Assembly (NCBI GenBank): GCA_036172245.1
Contig: JAYWIR010000018.1
Coordinates: 2,542,001-2,606,000, forward strand
DNA: 64,000 nucleotides
From: Raillietiella orientalis
Lineage: Eukaryota
Direction of reading: 5' to 3'
A program made the translations under genes and the position numbers. Positions 13,000 to 26,211 of this stretch are shown here, piece after piece; within the stretch, counting starts at the first letter, position 1, and every line of letters starts with the position of its first letter. Below the pieces are notes generated by a model. The model ran no database searches. It saw only the letters and a list, made by a program, of their open reading frames with translations, and was not told the DNA's origin.

Positions 13000-14200
13000 T
13001 CTCAACGTTAGAACCCTGGGAGCGGCTGCTGCGGCCACCGACGAGAAAAGAAGACGATCCCACGATCAGCACATACCTTGCTGCAGTTTCAGAGCCAGAA
13101 GAGAATTTCTCAGACCTGAGCAACGGATGAGCGAAACTGAGGGATGGATGAGCGGACTCGACCGAACTGGAACCGGAGGAATTCTGGCTAGAGTCTCCGG
13201 ACTTCTGCAGATATTGGAACGAAAAACCAAGGATCTCCCAGAAGAACTGAATCGCATCGTCTGAGGCGTGCGAGAAGGAGCGATATGTAGCCTTTTCCCG
13301 TGCACGCTGCTTTCGGCTCAAGAAATAGGGAGCAGGAGTTCAGTGTACTATGACAAGCTCTCCAACTATGACCTGACCGGACCACACGCCGCAATTGAGT
13401 TGACGATGCGCCTGGTATATTCGACGAGCACCGGTGCAAAATGAGACGCTAATCGACCGTTTGACCCCCTCCTGGTCGGGCGCATCTGAGGTGCTTCCCA
13501 TTCTTGCAGTGGAGTCCTCTCGTTCCCAGTGCATTCTGCCGTCCCGGAAGTCTCCCTAGAGCGTTCAGTGATGCTCCAGACCTCTTCCACATTGCTACTT
13601 CTCGGGAAGAACCTTCTGACTCCAGGCCGATTCTCGCCGAGCGTTTTTCCCTCCGGTGAGTCCCCTATCCAGGAGAAGAGCACCTTGTCGGGATCATCGG
13701 TTGGAGGTGCTCACGAGCCACATTGGGCTTAGGAGACCTACGGACTCGAATCTGTGCCTCCTAGCTGGAGAGTACCCGGTAGTGGATGAAGGACTCAGTC
13801 GAATATGGTTCAAAGGTCCATCCAGCCTCTGGGAAGAAGCGATTCTCGCGTTGCCATGCAAGCGTTTGGTTGGGCCTCAGAATCGGCCTGACGAAAGAGC
13901 AGGGGCGCACCACCCGGCTTAAAGAAAAGCGGTTTCATTCCTGTGGGGCCAGATTGCAAAAGTCCTTTCTGTAGGGGAGGACTCCTGCAATCTGGCCGCC
14001 AAAATGCTGCATCGGGAGCTCTGCATCCAAATTAAGGGGGAGCCGAACTTGAAGTCGCGTTTGAGCGTGGTGACCTACGCATGGTGTCCATCGAGCAGAA
14101 GCGAGCGACCCATCCCGACCACATAGAAATGTCCGCCCGCACCGGAAAACCCAGGTCTGAGGCTTGGACGATCCATTCTCTTCCTGTCGCTCTGGAAAGA
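13000..14200 (-). mobile_element. LINE ORF1/endonuclease remnant
   Basis: 'LQVRLPLNLDAELPMQHF' (ORF1-like) upstream of 'DSVLLGD' (APE-endonuclease xLGDFN-like). Confidence 0.4.
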
Positions 14201-15399
14201 CGCGACCCACCGAGGGTGAGTTCTGGTTCAGGGGTCCAATCTCCGCTTGCTCAAGAGCGACGGGTATCTCGAAGGTTTTTATTTTTATGTATTCATTTTT
14301 TTTTTAAAAAAGGAGAAAATCTCAACATCTGTCATGCCTGCATCCCTCAGGTCCCAATGCATTATCCTGTGAACTTTCCTTGAATTCACGAGAGAACGTC
14401 AAAGAGTTTATCCGGGACACATCGAACCGAAAGTCGCTGCTAAGTTTCTATTTACCTGAGCTTACGTGAGACCTCCTGCGGAGGAACGCAGGTCAAATGG
14501 CGGACGTCCACTTCCACGCTTGGCTCCAGATACCAACTGTTTCAGAGAAAAAAATCCTGGAACTCCCTCGAGACACGTCGTTCACTTTGGACGCCTTTGA
14601 AATTGCATAGACCCTCGAGCGAGGAACAGAGGTGGCCGCTCCTCTCATGTCCCGTAATGCGAACACGACATGAGGGTCCCCCAGGAGGCATCTCCAAAGT
14701 GACTTCGTCAGAGTCGAGTTTTCTTCCGGAAGCGTCTGCGAAAAAAATCAGTCCGCAAAGATCCCTTTCCTCGTTTCCTGACGCAGCATCCATGTCATTT
14801 CATTTATTCGCCCCCCCCCCCTCTTCCCCCTCCTTCTGGCCCGGCCACATCCTCGAGAAATAAATCTCAGCACCTGAGCGATCGTGGCAAGGAGACGGCG
14901 GCACATCCGATTACCAGCAGAAGTAGCGATGGCTGTTTCTCTTGAAGGATGGCAAAACCGAAGAGGTTCGAGATGTCTGTGGCCGTGAAACGGACGCTGG
15001 ACACCTCCAGTCAGACCTGTCCCTTTCATTGACACGGAGATCGGCTATCGATCCGGTCGAGAGAGGCGCGTTAAATGCTCAAGTTGGCAGTCGGTTCGCA
15101 GCAGTGCGTCCCGGCCAAGAGGACCTTGCGGAGCAGGCGATCGCGAGTTCGAAACCCGCCGGCCGACGCGCACGCTGCCCCTCGTTCGCCTGGGGCAAAG
15201 GCGACTCCCGGGGCTCCCCAGGGCCCCGCATCCCGGAGAACCAGGCGAGCGACGACGGCAATTCTCCAGCTACGTCAAGGTCGAGCCGCCCCAGATGGCC
15301 CCAACAAACCAAAGCTTGGATTCGGTGGGCGACCTTCCTCTCCTGACGCTCCTTTTCGTGCCTGTGACCTTCCGCGACGTGATTGGTGGCCGTGAGAGG

Positions 15400-15970
15400 T
15401 GCATCGAGCGCTCGAGGCAGAAGCAAAACGGCAGCGGAAGTCCTCCTAAGGGAAGGCTCAAACCGCAATTCCTTTTCCTTTTCCTCCTTCGAAATTCCCG
15501 GACTGGAGAGATGGCGTTGGATGCTGCACGGCACCATCACCTCTCCGAGAGAGCCTGCCGTTTCCCTGGCAACGCAAGGATGCGTAGGCGATCCTTTGCG
15601 ATCCTTTGCCCAGGAGGAATTTGTTCCCAACAACCATATGGCCAGACCCCACAAGTGGTCCCGAAATTCGGGTGTGGGAGTAGGGGGAGGACAGCTGCTT
15701 CTTTTTTCGCGTTGCTTCCTTCTCGATCGTTCCTACCGAACTTTGCCGGGGCATACGATGCTGCCACGTGCCTCTGCACGGTTGCGCCTCCGGGAAGCCT
15801 CGTCCGCTTGCTGATTCTGCTGCCAGAGAGTCGAGGCCTCTGCGGAGGTACGAACACACTGCAGCTTCGGTACTTCCGGCTGCATCCGCCTTCCCTTACG
15901 GCAGCTACGGACAAACCCCCAACCTTCGATGCCTTTCACCCTGTCCTCCGTCCACCCCGGAACGCCTGAA
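15400..15970 (+). mobile_element. LINE ORF1 remnant
   Basis: 'AQTAIPFPFPPSKFPDWRD' and 'GEDSCFFFRVASF' match ORF1-like motifs at 18354+ and 28400-28960. Confidence 0.4.
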
Positions 15971-16404
15971 CCATCATCGCGGCGGTGCGCTCTGTTACCC
16001 GCACAACTTTGGAGGTGATTTGTGCAGTCCGCGTTCCCGACTCGAGTGCCGTGCAGGTCACCAGCACTCGAGAGCTCCTAGCAGGGTGAGACATCGAAAG
16101 AAAACCTGAATCCCCCATCTCCCACTTGCAAACTTGCACTGCCGGGAGCACACGAGGTCAGCACACCCAGGCCTCGTTCGTCAGGACGTGCTGCCGCGGA
16201 TGAATGGGTAGAGGCCCTCCAAGAAACCCATCAGCATCATGGCCTCCATTCGGCTCCCCTACGCTGGAACAAGGATGGTCTCTTGCTTACTCTAGGTTTT
16301 TTGACGATGGGATTATCGATCACCCCCATGGTCGATCAAAACTCTTCATTTTCATATGCTTCGTGGTGAACGGAAACATCCTTTCCACGTTTTAAGAGCT
16401 CTCC

Positions 16405-17563
16405 ATGAAGGGACTCCACGGTCTTTTCACTGAAGCGCTCCACAACCGCCCCTCGCCTGGGGATCTGCTGCTTCACCGACGCAGGTCCTGCGTGGCAGGC
16501 GGGCAGTCAGCCCTCGATCCTGGCACGCCGCTGTCTCGCAGCCCGCGGTCCCGAAAGCGCGCGAGGACTGGGGACGACGCTCGCTCCTCCTTCTCCCTGG
16601 AGAGCCCCGGAGACAGTCCGTCGCAGGACAGGCCGGCTGGGAGTCCCCATCCCGCATTGTTTCCGGGACACGCGCCCGCGATGCGGGGCGCCGGCTGTGC
16701 GGGCCATCGCGTCCTCACCGCCGCCGCGCCGAGGACCGGGGACGTGCGCCCGCGGGACCAACGGCCTCCGCCGCGTCCACGCTCCTCCCGAGCATTTGGT
16801 CGGTGTGGACGGGTGGACCTGCTGCGGCGAGCAGGAGCCACGCCTCCTCCTCCCCCTCCTTCTGGCGTCGCGCGCGCTCCGCGGGCGGGCCGCTCGTTCC
16901 CGTATTGATCGGAAACTGCATCTCCGGATGAGGGGACGCCCAGGCTCCCCGTTGCCCGGGAGTCCGCTTTCCCGCACCACCTCGCGAGGCGGCGAGCACC
17001 CGCCCTCGAGGCGTCTCCGGTCCGCGCTCCTCCGCAGGCAAAGGGCAAACGGAGGCCCCGCTCAGCTCGTAGGATGAGAGTTTTTGCGCTGAGGACGAGG
17101 TGCAGCTCCCGCGAGTGCGCGGTCGTCGACGTTCACTTTTCGGGCGTCCCGGGAACTCCTGGAAAGTGGACTAGCTCCGCCCAAGAGTAATTCCGCTAGT
17201 AGTTCCGCTTCTTCTGCTTGGCCGACGCACGTCTTACCCTAAGTCCGCGTGACCTCACCCGCGGAAGATTGCCGCCTGCTTGCCTGCCCTTTCCGTTCCC
17301 TCCCTCTCCCCTCCGCTCCCGATGCCCTTCGATGGCTCGGAGTGTCGCGGCCGCCGCCGCCGCAGATTCCCGTCGCAGGCGGGGTCCCCGGCGAATACGA
17401 GAGAACGTCGATCCCCACGGCAGTCGCCCTGGGCAGGGGGAGGCATCAACTCGAGGCGTACCGTGAGAGCCGTCGAGGGCGGATGCCGCCGGTCACGAGG
17501 CTGCCCGCTGGGCTCGGACCTTCTCCAAGGAACGGCATGGGTTAGAGCAAACGTGGCTGGGTG
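16405..17563 (+). repeat. Repeat B copy 1: GC-rich eroded Tx1-like ORF2 fragment (linker to RT N-terminus)
   Basis: Near-identical inverted copy at 26212-27372 and partial copy at 34244-34950. Decayed motifs in order: 'RALRGRAARSR', 'ELLESGLAPPKS', 'RVTSPAEDCRLLAC', 'GCRRSRGCPLGSDLL'. Confidence 0.85.
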
Positions 17564-18353
17564 ACACCACGAGCGGACGTACTCTTCGTGAATGCCCGAT
17601 CTGACCATGGCCGCGTCCGTCTCAGTGGTCACCGCCACAAGGATAAGGCTGCCGGTTTACAGCACCATACTATGAAGGTGCGATCATCTGGAAAGCAAGA
17701 GTGGACTCCGAGAACGAAGAAGGAGGGTGGGACCAAGAGAGCAGTGCATCTGGAATTCCTGGAGGGACGTGCTCGATGGAGGGTGGGAGAGAGACCGTTG
17801 TATGCGAGCGAACGTTCAGGCTCCTCGACATCCGGGAGAGTCACCTGCTTCTTGGCACGTTCTTCGCTTGCAGAAGGAGACTACCGATGCTTCCGGTTTC
17901 TATTCCACTCTCCATGAAATCCGCCGTTTACGTGCTTGCCGATGAACTCGGTGAGGGGGATCGGCCTACAGGGGAACTTCTTCGTTGCCGTTCGTGCAAA
18001 TGCTGGCGTAAGGAAGCATCGCTGGAGACCTTGGGCGCATGCGTCCTCAGACCTCGTCAACCCCCGTCTTGCGGAAGGATGCAACTCAATCTCCAGCTCC
18101 AGCGCAGGACCTTGAGATGTTCAGGATTGCTTAGCAACTCTGTATGTCATTCAGCCTCCGCGCGACGAAGGGCGGAAGAAAGGGTGAAGAATTCATTTAC
18201 CGAGAAAAAGAATGCTGCTTGAGGAAGCGCAGGAGCAGCAACTGCGTTCCTTCCACATGGAAAACCGGAACCGCGCGCTTCCCCGACTCCCGCAAATGGA
18301 CAGAGAAGACGACGGCATGCCTCTGAGTCGAGGCAGCGGTGCAAGCAGACCGA

Positions 18354-18755
18354 GGGGAGACATTTCTTCGCTTTCCTGAGCTGCCTGTCCCCTTTCCGCT
18401 CTTCCGGAGATTTCTAAACGCTCTTCCGTTGCAACGGGAGCGCTGCACGTTCGAACGTTTTCGCCTCTTCCCTCGACGCCGACCGCGCCTGCTTCCTGGC
18501 GATTTTCGCCGCTCCTGGAGATCCCGCTGCGGCCGCTCGGGACTGCCGGGAGCGCCTCCCGTTCGGCGACCGAGCACCCGCACGGAGCGCACCCCGCATT
18601 CTGCCATCCGGCCCCTTTCGCAGTCGTCGCTCAACACGCCATCCAGGAGGACTCCGTCAGCTCCCGGGATGGCGCGCCCGCCGCCTCATCTGCTGCCGAG
18701 CGCGCCACCTAGCCACTCTTCTCCGCACCTCCCCGCTTCTCCGGCGCCGCAGGGC
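18354..18755 (+). repeat. Repeat A copy 2 (ORF1-derived)
   Basis: Direct repeat of 159-558; 'GETFLRFPELPVPFPLFRRFLNALP'. Confidence 0.8.
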
Positions 18756-21199
18756 CAACTTTGGGACGTACCTGGGAAAATGAGGGAAATCTCTCCCACG
18801 AATACAACGCGATCACGACTGATCACATCTTTCACATCTGTGTCCAGCCGTAGTATAATGAGGATATCTATTTATTTTTTATAATTTTTATAATATATAT
18901 TTATTCATCCATTGATCTATATATAAATTTATACGTTAAGGTATACAATAAACATGTGTATTTATTTTTAAGATCTTTAGAGACTTTTATCGTTCCGGGT
19001 TTCTGCGTTCAGGATTTTGGACCAACCTCTTGACTAGGTACCGGGAAAGCGGATCGTCCACCTCGGAGAGCGAAGAGGGGCCATTCCCAGATTAACCCGC
19101 CGTGATACCTGAACGTACGCCCTTTCTCGGGATTGTAAACCCAGGCGATGTTCCGAAGATGTGCAGATTCCTCTCAGCATCCAAGATGAGAGACCCGGAG
19201 CTCACTGAATTTCGAGAACCTCTCCGGTCTTGCAGGGCTGCACATATTCTACTGTTCCCCCATCCGGACAGGACCGAGCAACGCTCGCCCCGGGAATCTT
19301 TGATACGCGAGGGTTGCTATGGCACTTTTTGGAGTCTTCCGGGGGAAAACGATTCCTCTTCTTCATTGTTCACTGTGGCTTGGGTTCCAGATAATGGATG
19401 AGCGCTTCTCGTGTTTCGTCCGCAGCCACAGCAGTGCTGCCACATTTTTACGAGAGCTTCCTTGTGCCACATGAGGCTCATCCTAGCTGGCCACGTGCAT
19501 GCAGTCAGCTCGGAGCGCTGCACCTAATCCTGCTGAAGAAGGGGGATTGAGAAACCGAGGTAGGCGCAGGATGCCCGCCGATCTTTTTGCGTGGTCTCGT
19601 AGCAGCTTTCCGCTACTTCGTCATCTCGCCTGCTGCGAATCCGGTGACCTGTAGCAGCTGGGTATTTCGCCCCGCCCCCCATGCCCGGTTGGCATCCGCT
19701 GACTCGGTGACTGAAATCTCGACTTCCAGACTGCACTGAGTCAGAGTTTCTGGTTCGACCTCCTGGAGGAATCTTCGGCCGGATGAAGGTGAGAGCACGT
19801 TAGCTGCAGGAGAAAAGAAGGGTTTAGCGGGAAAGGAGCAAGCAGCTAGAGGTGCACTGTGCATTTTGGAGCCTTCGCAGGCTCTCCCTAACGATCCCCT
19901 GTCTGGAAAAGATGTTCCTTCTTCAGTGCTTCCGTCTTTCCCCGGAAACATCAAGGATGGCGGCTCTCCTGACGGTGGATGGATGGGATCGCGTTGACTT
20001 GGCTTTTCCTTTTGCTGGCAGCAACAGCACAAAATTCGCGGAAAGATCCTTCCGAATCCTGAAGGTCCTTTTCGCAACCACTCGGCGCAACGCAGAAACA
20101 CCGTCGGAGCATTCGCCCTGCACGGTCCAAACTCCACCCAGCGATTGATGACCCTTTAGGTCTTTGCTCCCTCGCACGCAGGACCTTCGAGGACACTAAA
20201 AGCGATCCGTAGGATTCACCTCGAACGAAACAAACCCCGGTTGAACTTCCAGCGCATCGATCCCTGGAGCAATCGATCCACACGGGATGCTTCGTTTTAT
20301 TTTTAATTACTACTCTGGAAGTGCCTGCCTGTCGCACGGCCTGTGAGTTGATGCTCATTTCCAAAATTCGAATACGACCAGTTTCGCAGCCTCCTGATTG
20401 CATAAATCCGGGAATACCTTGCAGCACACACTTGGGTGACTTGCGCTTGCATCGGGGTCGGAAGAAACGTGGCCGAAGCTGTCCGGAGGGTTTTCTCTGC
20501 ATGGACTCTAACAAATAGCCAGCTTAGGAGATTCCAGCGTGCAAAAAACGGCAAACTCGAGGCGCAGTAGCAACATCCATCATTTCTTGTGTACTCTGTC
20601 TGGATACATAAATACATTCTCAATCATTCGCCTACTGCAAATTATTGTGGATTTTTTCTTTTTTTTGCGCGCGCACGCGCGCGTGTGTATGTGAAGTGGG
20701 GACTGTGAGCAACAAATAATTGGCAAGAAATCACATGCACGACAGTGCAGAATGTGTGCAATAGGTGAACACATGAGCGCAGTGACAAAACACGAAGGAA
20801 AGCGCGCAACAGGGTGTGGAGTTTCTTGATTGGCCCCGATGCGCGCGCGCGAAATCACGAAGTTGCGCTACTCCCCCCCTTCTCCCCTGCGTGAGAATTT
20901 TCCGAAATCTCAGAGTGACCAGCGCCGAAATCAGATCCAGACCCCACGAACGGGAACTCTCTCTGAAGGGAAGTGCCAACTCTTCTGCATCTGCACGCTC
21001 GACAGCGTGGGGCCGCCGTGGCTTCTCGTCACGGAGTTCGCTTTTGCGTCACGATTTGTCACTCGCAACCCCCGTTGCCTGCTTCCCGGCACGTGATGCA
21101 TTCCCCGCCGTTACGTAAATCACGGGTTCGGGATGGTTTCGGCGAAGTGCCGAATTTTCCGCCCCGTGGACGCAATTTGTCTCTTTCCCCGCAGCGGGT

Positions 21200-22500
21200 C
21201 CAAATTATCTTCCTTTTCCGGGACTCAAGAGCGCCCGCTGAGCACCCGTTCGTCTTGGGCGCGCAGCGGGGGTGCCAAACGGAGTGCCATCCGCAATTCC
21301 TCAGCTCCTAGCCTTGGATTTTCGTTTTTCCCCGACTCGTTCTTCTGGAAGCGCTCCTCAGGGCTGGCGCCTGCGATTCCCGGTTTCAGATAAACGCTCT
21401 CGGTCGCCACGACGGCGGGAAGGCGAGGAGCCAACGGAACCAACTTTTAAGACCGGCCCCACCCATCTCGATACACCTTGCCGCCGCGAAATCTGGTTGC
21501 GGATCCACTCGCAAGACCGTGGGCCATGAGCTGCAGTCGATCCCAAGACGGTCTTCTTCGGAGCACTTTTCCTCTTCCAGCAGACCACAGCAGCTGTCAT
21601 TTGAGATTTCAGCTCTTGCGCAGGATACAGGCATGACAACCGCCTCCTGCTGCCTCAAGGGACGTTCAAGGTCCTCCATCTCGGATTCTTAGACGAGAGG
21701 AAGTCGAAGCCCTGATACGGGACGGCTGGCACACTCTGAAAGGAATTCTCTCCGTAGAGCTCCTTCGGGAGGCTGAGGTTCACTCTTCAGAGAGCGTGGA
21801 TGAGCCACGGGCAGACTTCTCCGTCCGTGGGATCCGTGCCGACGCGGGCCTCCTCTCTCGGAACGTGCGGCGGCTTCCACGGGGCGGGGCCTGAGGGCAG
21901 GGAGGGATCCTGTGAAGCTGGGCGTCCGTACCAACTCTCGAGGTCCGGAGACCCCAGACTTGTGCAACGTCTGCCGACGCTCTGTTGGTAGCGCGCGCGC
22001 TTGGCCTGCTGACGATGACGGCGACTCGGTCGCGCCGCTGCGTTTCTGTGGTGGCTTCCGGACGCCTCGAGCGACCTGCCGCGTCTCTCGAGCCTCCCTC
22101 CCCTGCTCACACGCCGCTGCTCCAAACCGCTGCTGGAAACGATATTCCAAAGGTCACCCACCTCTTCAGGGATCCGAGGGTCACCTTGCTTCGAGGCTAC
22201 TGGCTCCCACGCTCCTTGAGCTGTATACATAACGCTCGCAAGATGACCGCATCTCTCGGCAGTGCTGCTGGAATGTTGTCCCGCAACGACTGAGGACACG
22301 AGTCGAGGGCACTACACGCACCGAGGGCCACCAGCCGTGCAAGTGTCGGGCGCCGCACAAAGCTCCGGTCGGGGCGTTGCAGGCGACCCCCGGCATGCAG
22401 GGAGCAGCTGCCGCATATACGACTCCGTTCTCGGAGAAGGACGCTCCCGCTCTTTCCTGACCTGCGCGCTTGTCCACAAGGGAGCGCGGTGCTTCTCTGC
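21200..22500 (-). mobile_element. L1/Tx1-like ORF2 remnant (EN to RT)
   Basis: 'VACNAPTG' and 'LVALGACSA' (EN-like), 'ARVGTDPTDGEVCPW' (KSPGxDG-like), 'HGPRSCEWIRN' (FGPxFxxWIR-like), in order. Confidence 0.4.
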
Positions 22501-22519
22501 CCCGAAAGAGAATCTCCTG

Positions 22520-22640
22520 TGATGTCCAGTGATGGGAGGGGACTCCAAATCCACGACTCACTACCCCCTATTCTCCCCATTCATCCTTTTTCTGGTGGGA
22601 TTCGAACCTCGCTGCAACACGCGGAGGCCGTCAATGCGGA
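22520..22640 (-). mobile_element. tRNA-headed repeat copy 2 (head only)
   Basis: Minus strand CGAGGTTCGAATCCCAC at 22595-22611, followed by the second motif GTGGATTTGGAGTCCCC; aligns with the other three heads. Confidence 0.6.
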
Positions 22641-23399
22641 ACTTGATCCGGAGAGCAGCTTGCCGTCGGTGCTTCGTGAGTGCCTGTGTTCGTCGTCGGG
22701 AGTGGGTGTGCAAGAAGCTGCGGAGGTTTGGGTGCAAGCCATGCATGCTTGATGGATTCCCGTCGTTTTAGGGAGCATCCAGATAGTCAAGCGTTCCCTC
22801 AGAATGGGAGAAGGGGACTCTGAGTTCTGCTGAGCTTTCTCTGTTTATGAGCTTTCATCCGGTGTCCCGAGCCATAAATCAGAGCCCAACGAAAGCGTTT
22901 AACCGAGCGTGAACCGAGGAGCCTGCTGATGATAGCGGTAACCCGGTAACGGAGGAAGGCATCATCGGGGAGAAAACAACGGAAAACAATGCAGCCACGG
23001 AAGAGCAAAAAGGTAGTAGACAGAAGGAAGGACGGAAATCATTGCGAGAAAATTCCGAGCAGCCGTTCTCTATCTGGCGTTGTCAAACTGGGGAGTACTC
23101 ATCCCTTTCCGTCCCAAGGAAAGAGGCCCGCAGACAGAGGACCGTGTGCTGGCCGGATTTCCCGTGTTCGTGAGAGTCGGCGAAGACCACGATAGCCGGC
23201 TTCTGGTCTTTTCTCCCCTTCCGGACCGGATTTGGAGACGCGCATTTTGCACTGCGCAGCAGACATTGCCTTCCGTTCTTGCGCGGTTTCATTCGCGCTT
23301 CGATGCATTTTTAATAGGACCATGGCAACCTCACCAAACATCGGGTCCGGCTGACAGCGCGCCCGCTGCATAGATATCATCAGATCCTCCGGAAGCACC

Positions 23400-25800
23400 A
23401 GGCCATGGTCACGAAGGCACCGCGAACTGGTGGCCCGGATCAAGAGAGAGACTCCGAAACATTGGGACTGGCGGTCAGTGTGCCCCGGAAGAAGAGCTGA
23501 AGCTGGAGCCAGACCGAGTACTCCAAGTTGCCTGCTGCACATTACGCTCTCTTTGAGTTGGAGCTCCAGGAAGAGTCAGGAAGCGGGCGGAGTGGACGGG
23601 GTCTTGTGCAAGGGAGTTTCCTCAACGGTAGAAGTCTTAGGATGCCTGGATCTCGAGGTGAGGATGCTGACGGGAGGTACTGAGAGGATCGAAGGTTCCT
23701 AAGAGATGTGCTCCAAGCATTTCCGTCTGATCTTCTGGCCGGATGGGCCACCGGTCAGCCGTGCCACTCCACAAGGTGTCTCTTTCATGGAAGATGTGGC
23801 TTCCATGAAAGAGCACGATGGAAATGTCGGACGGGATTCCGCCCACTACAAAAGAACCTTCAGATTTGCGGGAAGCGCTGCAGAGAAGAGGCAGAGAAAG
23901 TTGCAGATCTCCCTTCTCGCCTTCGCTAGCTTGTATCTCTTCCCACGCACAAGTTGTCGGATTAGTGCTGAAAACGGAAAAGGCTGAACGAAATGCTTGT
24001 CCACACTTCTACCGTCCGCCATTTGGAAAACTGATGCAGCATCCATGCTTCCGTCGTTCTAGCAACCACATCATTCTGCATGCCACAATCTAAAGATTGT
24101 GGACATTTCGGGAATCGTGGATAATCCCTCCGGCATTGTAGGCACCCTTTCCAGGAATTTTTTTTTCTCGCGAACACCAGTGTTGTCAATTAAAGAGGAC
24201 AGAGTGCTTATCCCGCTGGGTTGTCAACTGTCCCATAGGGAGGGAGGATGGCTATGCGGCTAACGGAGTGTCAGTGATGGCTAGGGGTCCCTTCGCGATC
24301 CTCCGAGGAGAGACTGCTCCCAGGCTGGAGATGGCGCGTATCAAGGAAGGATGGATCCAGGAGCCTATCACCTCCTGTCTTCGTGCCTTGAGGTTTCTGG
24401 GATGGCAGGAAGTCCACTGGTGTCCCCCTAACGGAGCGGTGCGCAGAGAACCCAAGCAGCTTCACGCGGCGTGGGCGGCGTGGTGGTAGAGAGCTTCTCG
24501 GGGTTGGGCTGGTTGCAAGGGACTCCAGTCCCTCGCTACGGGACGTCTCACTCTCGAGCATCAGCGCCACATCCAGTCTCGAGGTCACCATGCTGAAGCC
24601 GACCCTCAGTTCCATCTTCTTCAGCATTAGGATATCGAGTCCGGCATCTCTTCGCGGGTAACGAGGTCTTTGAGCAAAAATTTCACTCTTGGGATGCCTT
24701 GCAGTTTTCCCAGTCCCACGAACCGTTGCTAAAGAACTCCTCCGTTCCTCGTATTTCTGCACGTTCTCACAATTTCCGTTAGCACCACACTTTGTGGTTC
24801 ACTTTTGAGTGTTCCAGAGGACCATCCTCCCATCTGGGTTAGTCCGATGGGAAAGAGAAGGGTGGTCGCTTCAGGTTAATTTTCCTTCCTCGAAGATTCT
24901 GGAGATATCCTCCTTTGAGCTCCTCACGCTCCCGACTCGCTTGTGGACAGAGTCCGTTCTTCCAGCACTTCGACCCACGCTCATCGTGTTGGGCAGTGGA
25001 CTCGGCTGCTCCCCCTGCTGGTCTCCCTTGTTTCCAGTTGGTTCGGCAGCATTGGTTTGGCTTCCCAGGAGCCTTCTCTGGGATCTTCACCTCCTCCAAC
25101 GGGATCCCGTGAAGTTCCGCTCAGCGGAGACGTCTTTTGAGGAGGGTGGGAGGGAAGGAAGCGTCAGCCTGTTGACGCGCCGTCCAGCATCCCAATGGCT
25201 TCCTTTCCCATGTCACCCTGCAGTTTATTTCCCATCTTGGCAGCTGGTGGCAGTCCTGGTCCCCGGGGAGGTTCAACATGCAAACCGGTGGGGTGGAAGT
25301 CCCTGCAGAATTTCAGGAGACGAGAAACTCCTTATTGACTGGAGGTAGGGCGAGCTGCTGAACGTCGCGGCTACTCCTCGTTCCCGGGTCAAGGTACTCT
25401 TTCGGTGGAGCGAACATCTCGACGTGTTCCCCCGAAGAACTTTAGGTCCCTCCTTCGTGTTTGGATACTTCGGTGTTCCCCGCTGCTGTGGAAACGGGGC
25501 GTTCTGCTGTTTCTGCATTCGAGATTCCGGTGCGACCAGCACAGGTGCCTGGTTTCCCGGAGAGTTGCCTTCCCGAGCTGTTCCAGACGCGGGGCGATTG
25601 AGTCGCTTCCTTACCTCCTATTGGACTGCGGTGCTCTCGCGTACACTTGGCGGCGACTCGCTTCGGCTCTTCGCCATCTAGAGGGCGCCGCCAAGCACTT
25701 GCCGTGGCGCTTTCTTCACACAAGGAGGGCTCACTGCTGAAGCTGCGATCGCAAAGGGATGCCGCTGCATCCGTGACACAGTCACAGCCAGTCATGTACT
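23400..25800 (+). mobile_element. L1/Tx1-like ORF2 remnant (RT to C-terminal CCHC)
   Basis: 'RKSQEAGGVDGVLC', 'SLRG*RGL*AKISLLGCLAVFPVPRTVAKELLR' (post-RT L1 motif), 'PSCSRRGAIESLPYLLLDCGALAYTWRRLAS' (CCHC-like). Confidence 0.65.
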
Positions 25801-26211
25801 GGAGTTTTGGGAGCATGGCATCCGCCTCGATGAGGACTCCTTGCGAGGGAGTGTTCTTGCCTCCAATAAGTCACCAGGGAAATCGTCGACATTTAGCTCC
25901 AGCTCAAGAAAGGAGTGGCTGACACCGAGGATCCTGCGTCCCTTTCCTATTTTCCCTTTGCGTAATCTATCGTCCCCTCCCTCCTGCTCCTGACTTCATT
26001 TAAAGTCGATATGCATGCAAGTGGTCATTCCCTGTGAGCTTCCGTTGTTGCTGTTCCCTGGAAACTCAGTTCTCTGTGACTTGCAATTTTATTGGTTGTT
26101 AAATAAAGGTTCCTGGTCACTGGGTTAAAACGCACTTCCCCTTCTTCCAGTAAGGTGGCGGTGGCATACCGTCGCGGATTTCTTAGTGGCATCACTCTCC
26201 ACGGCAGGAAC

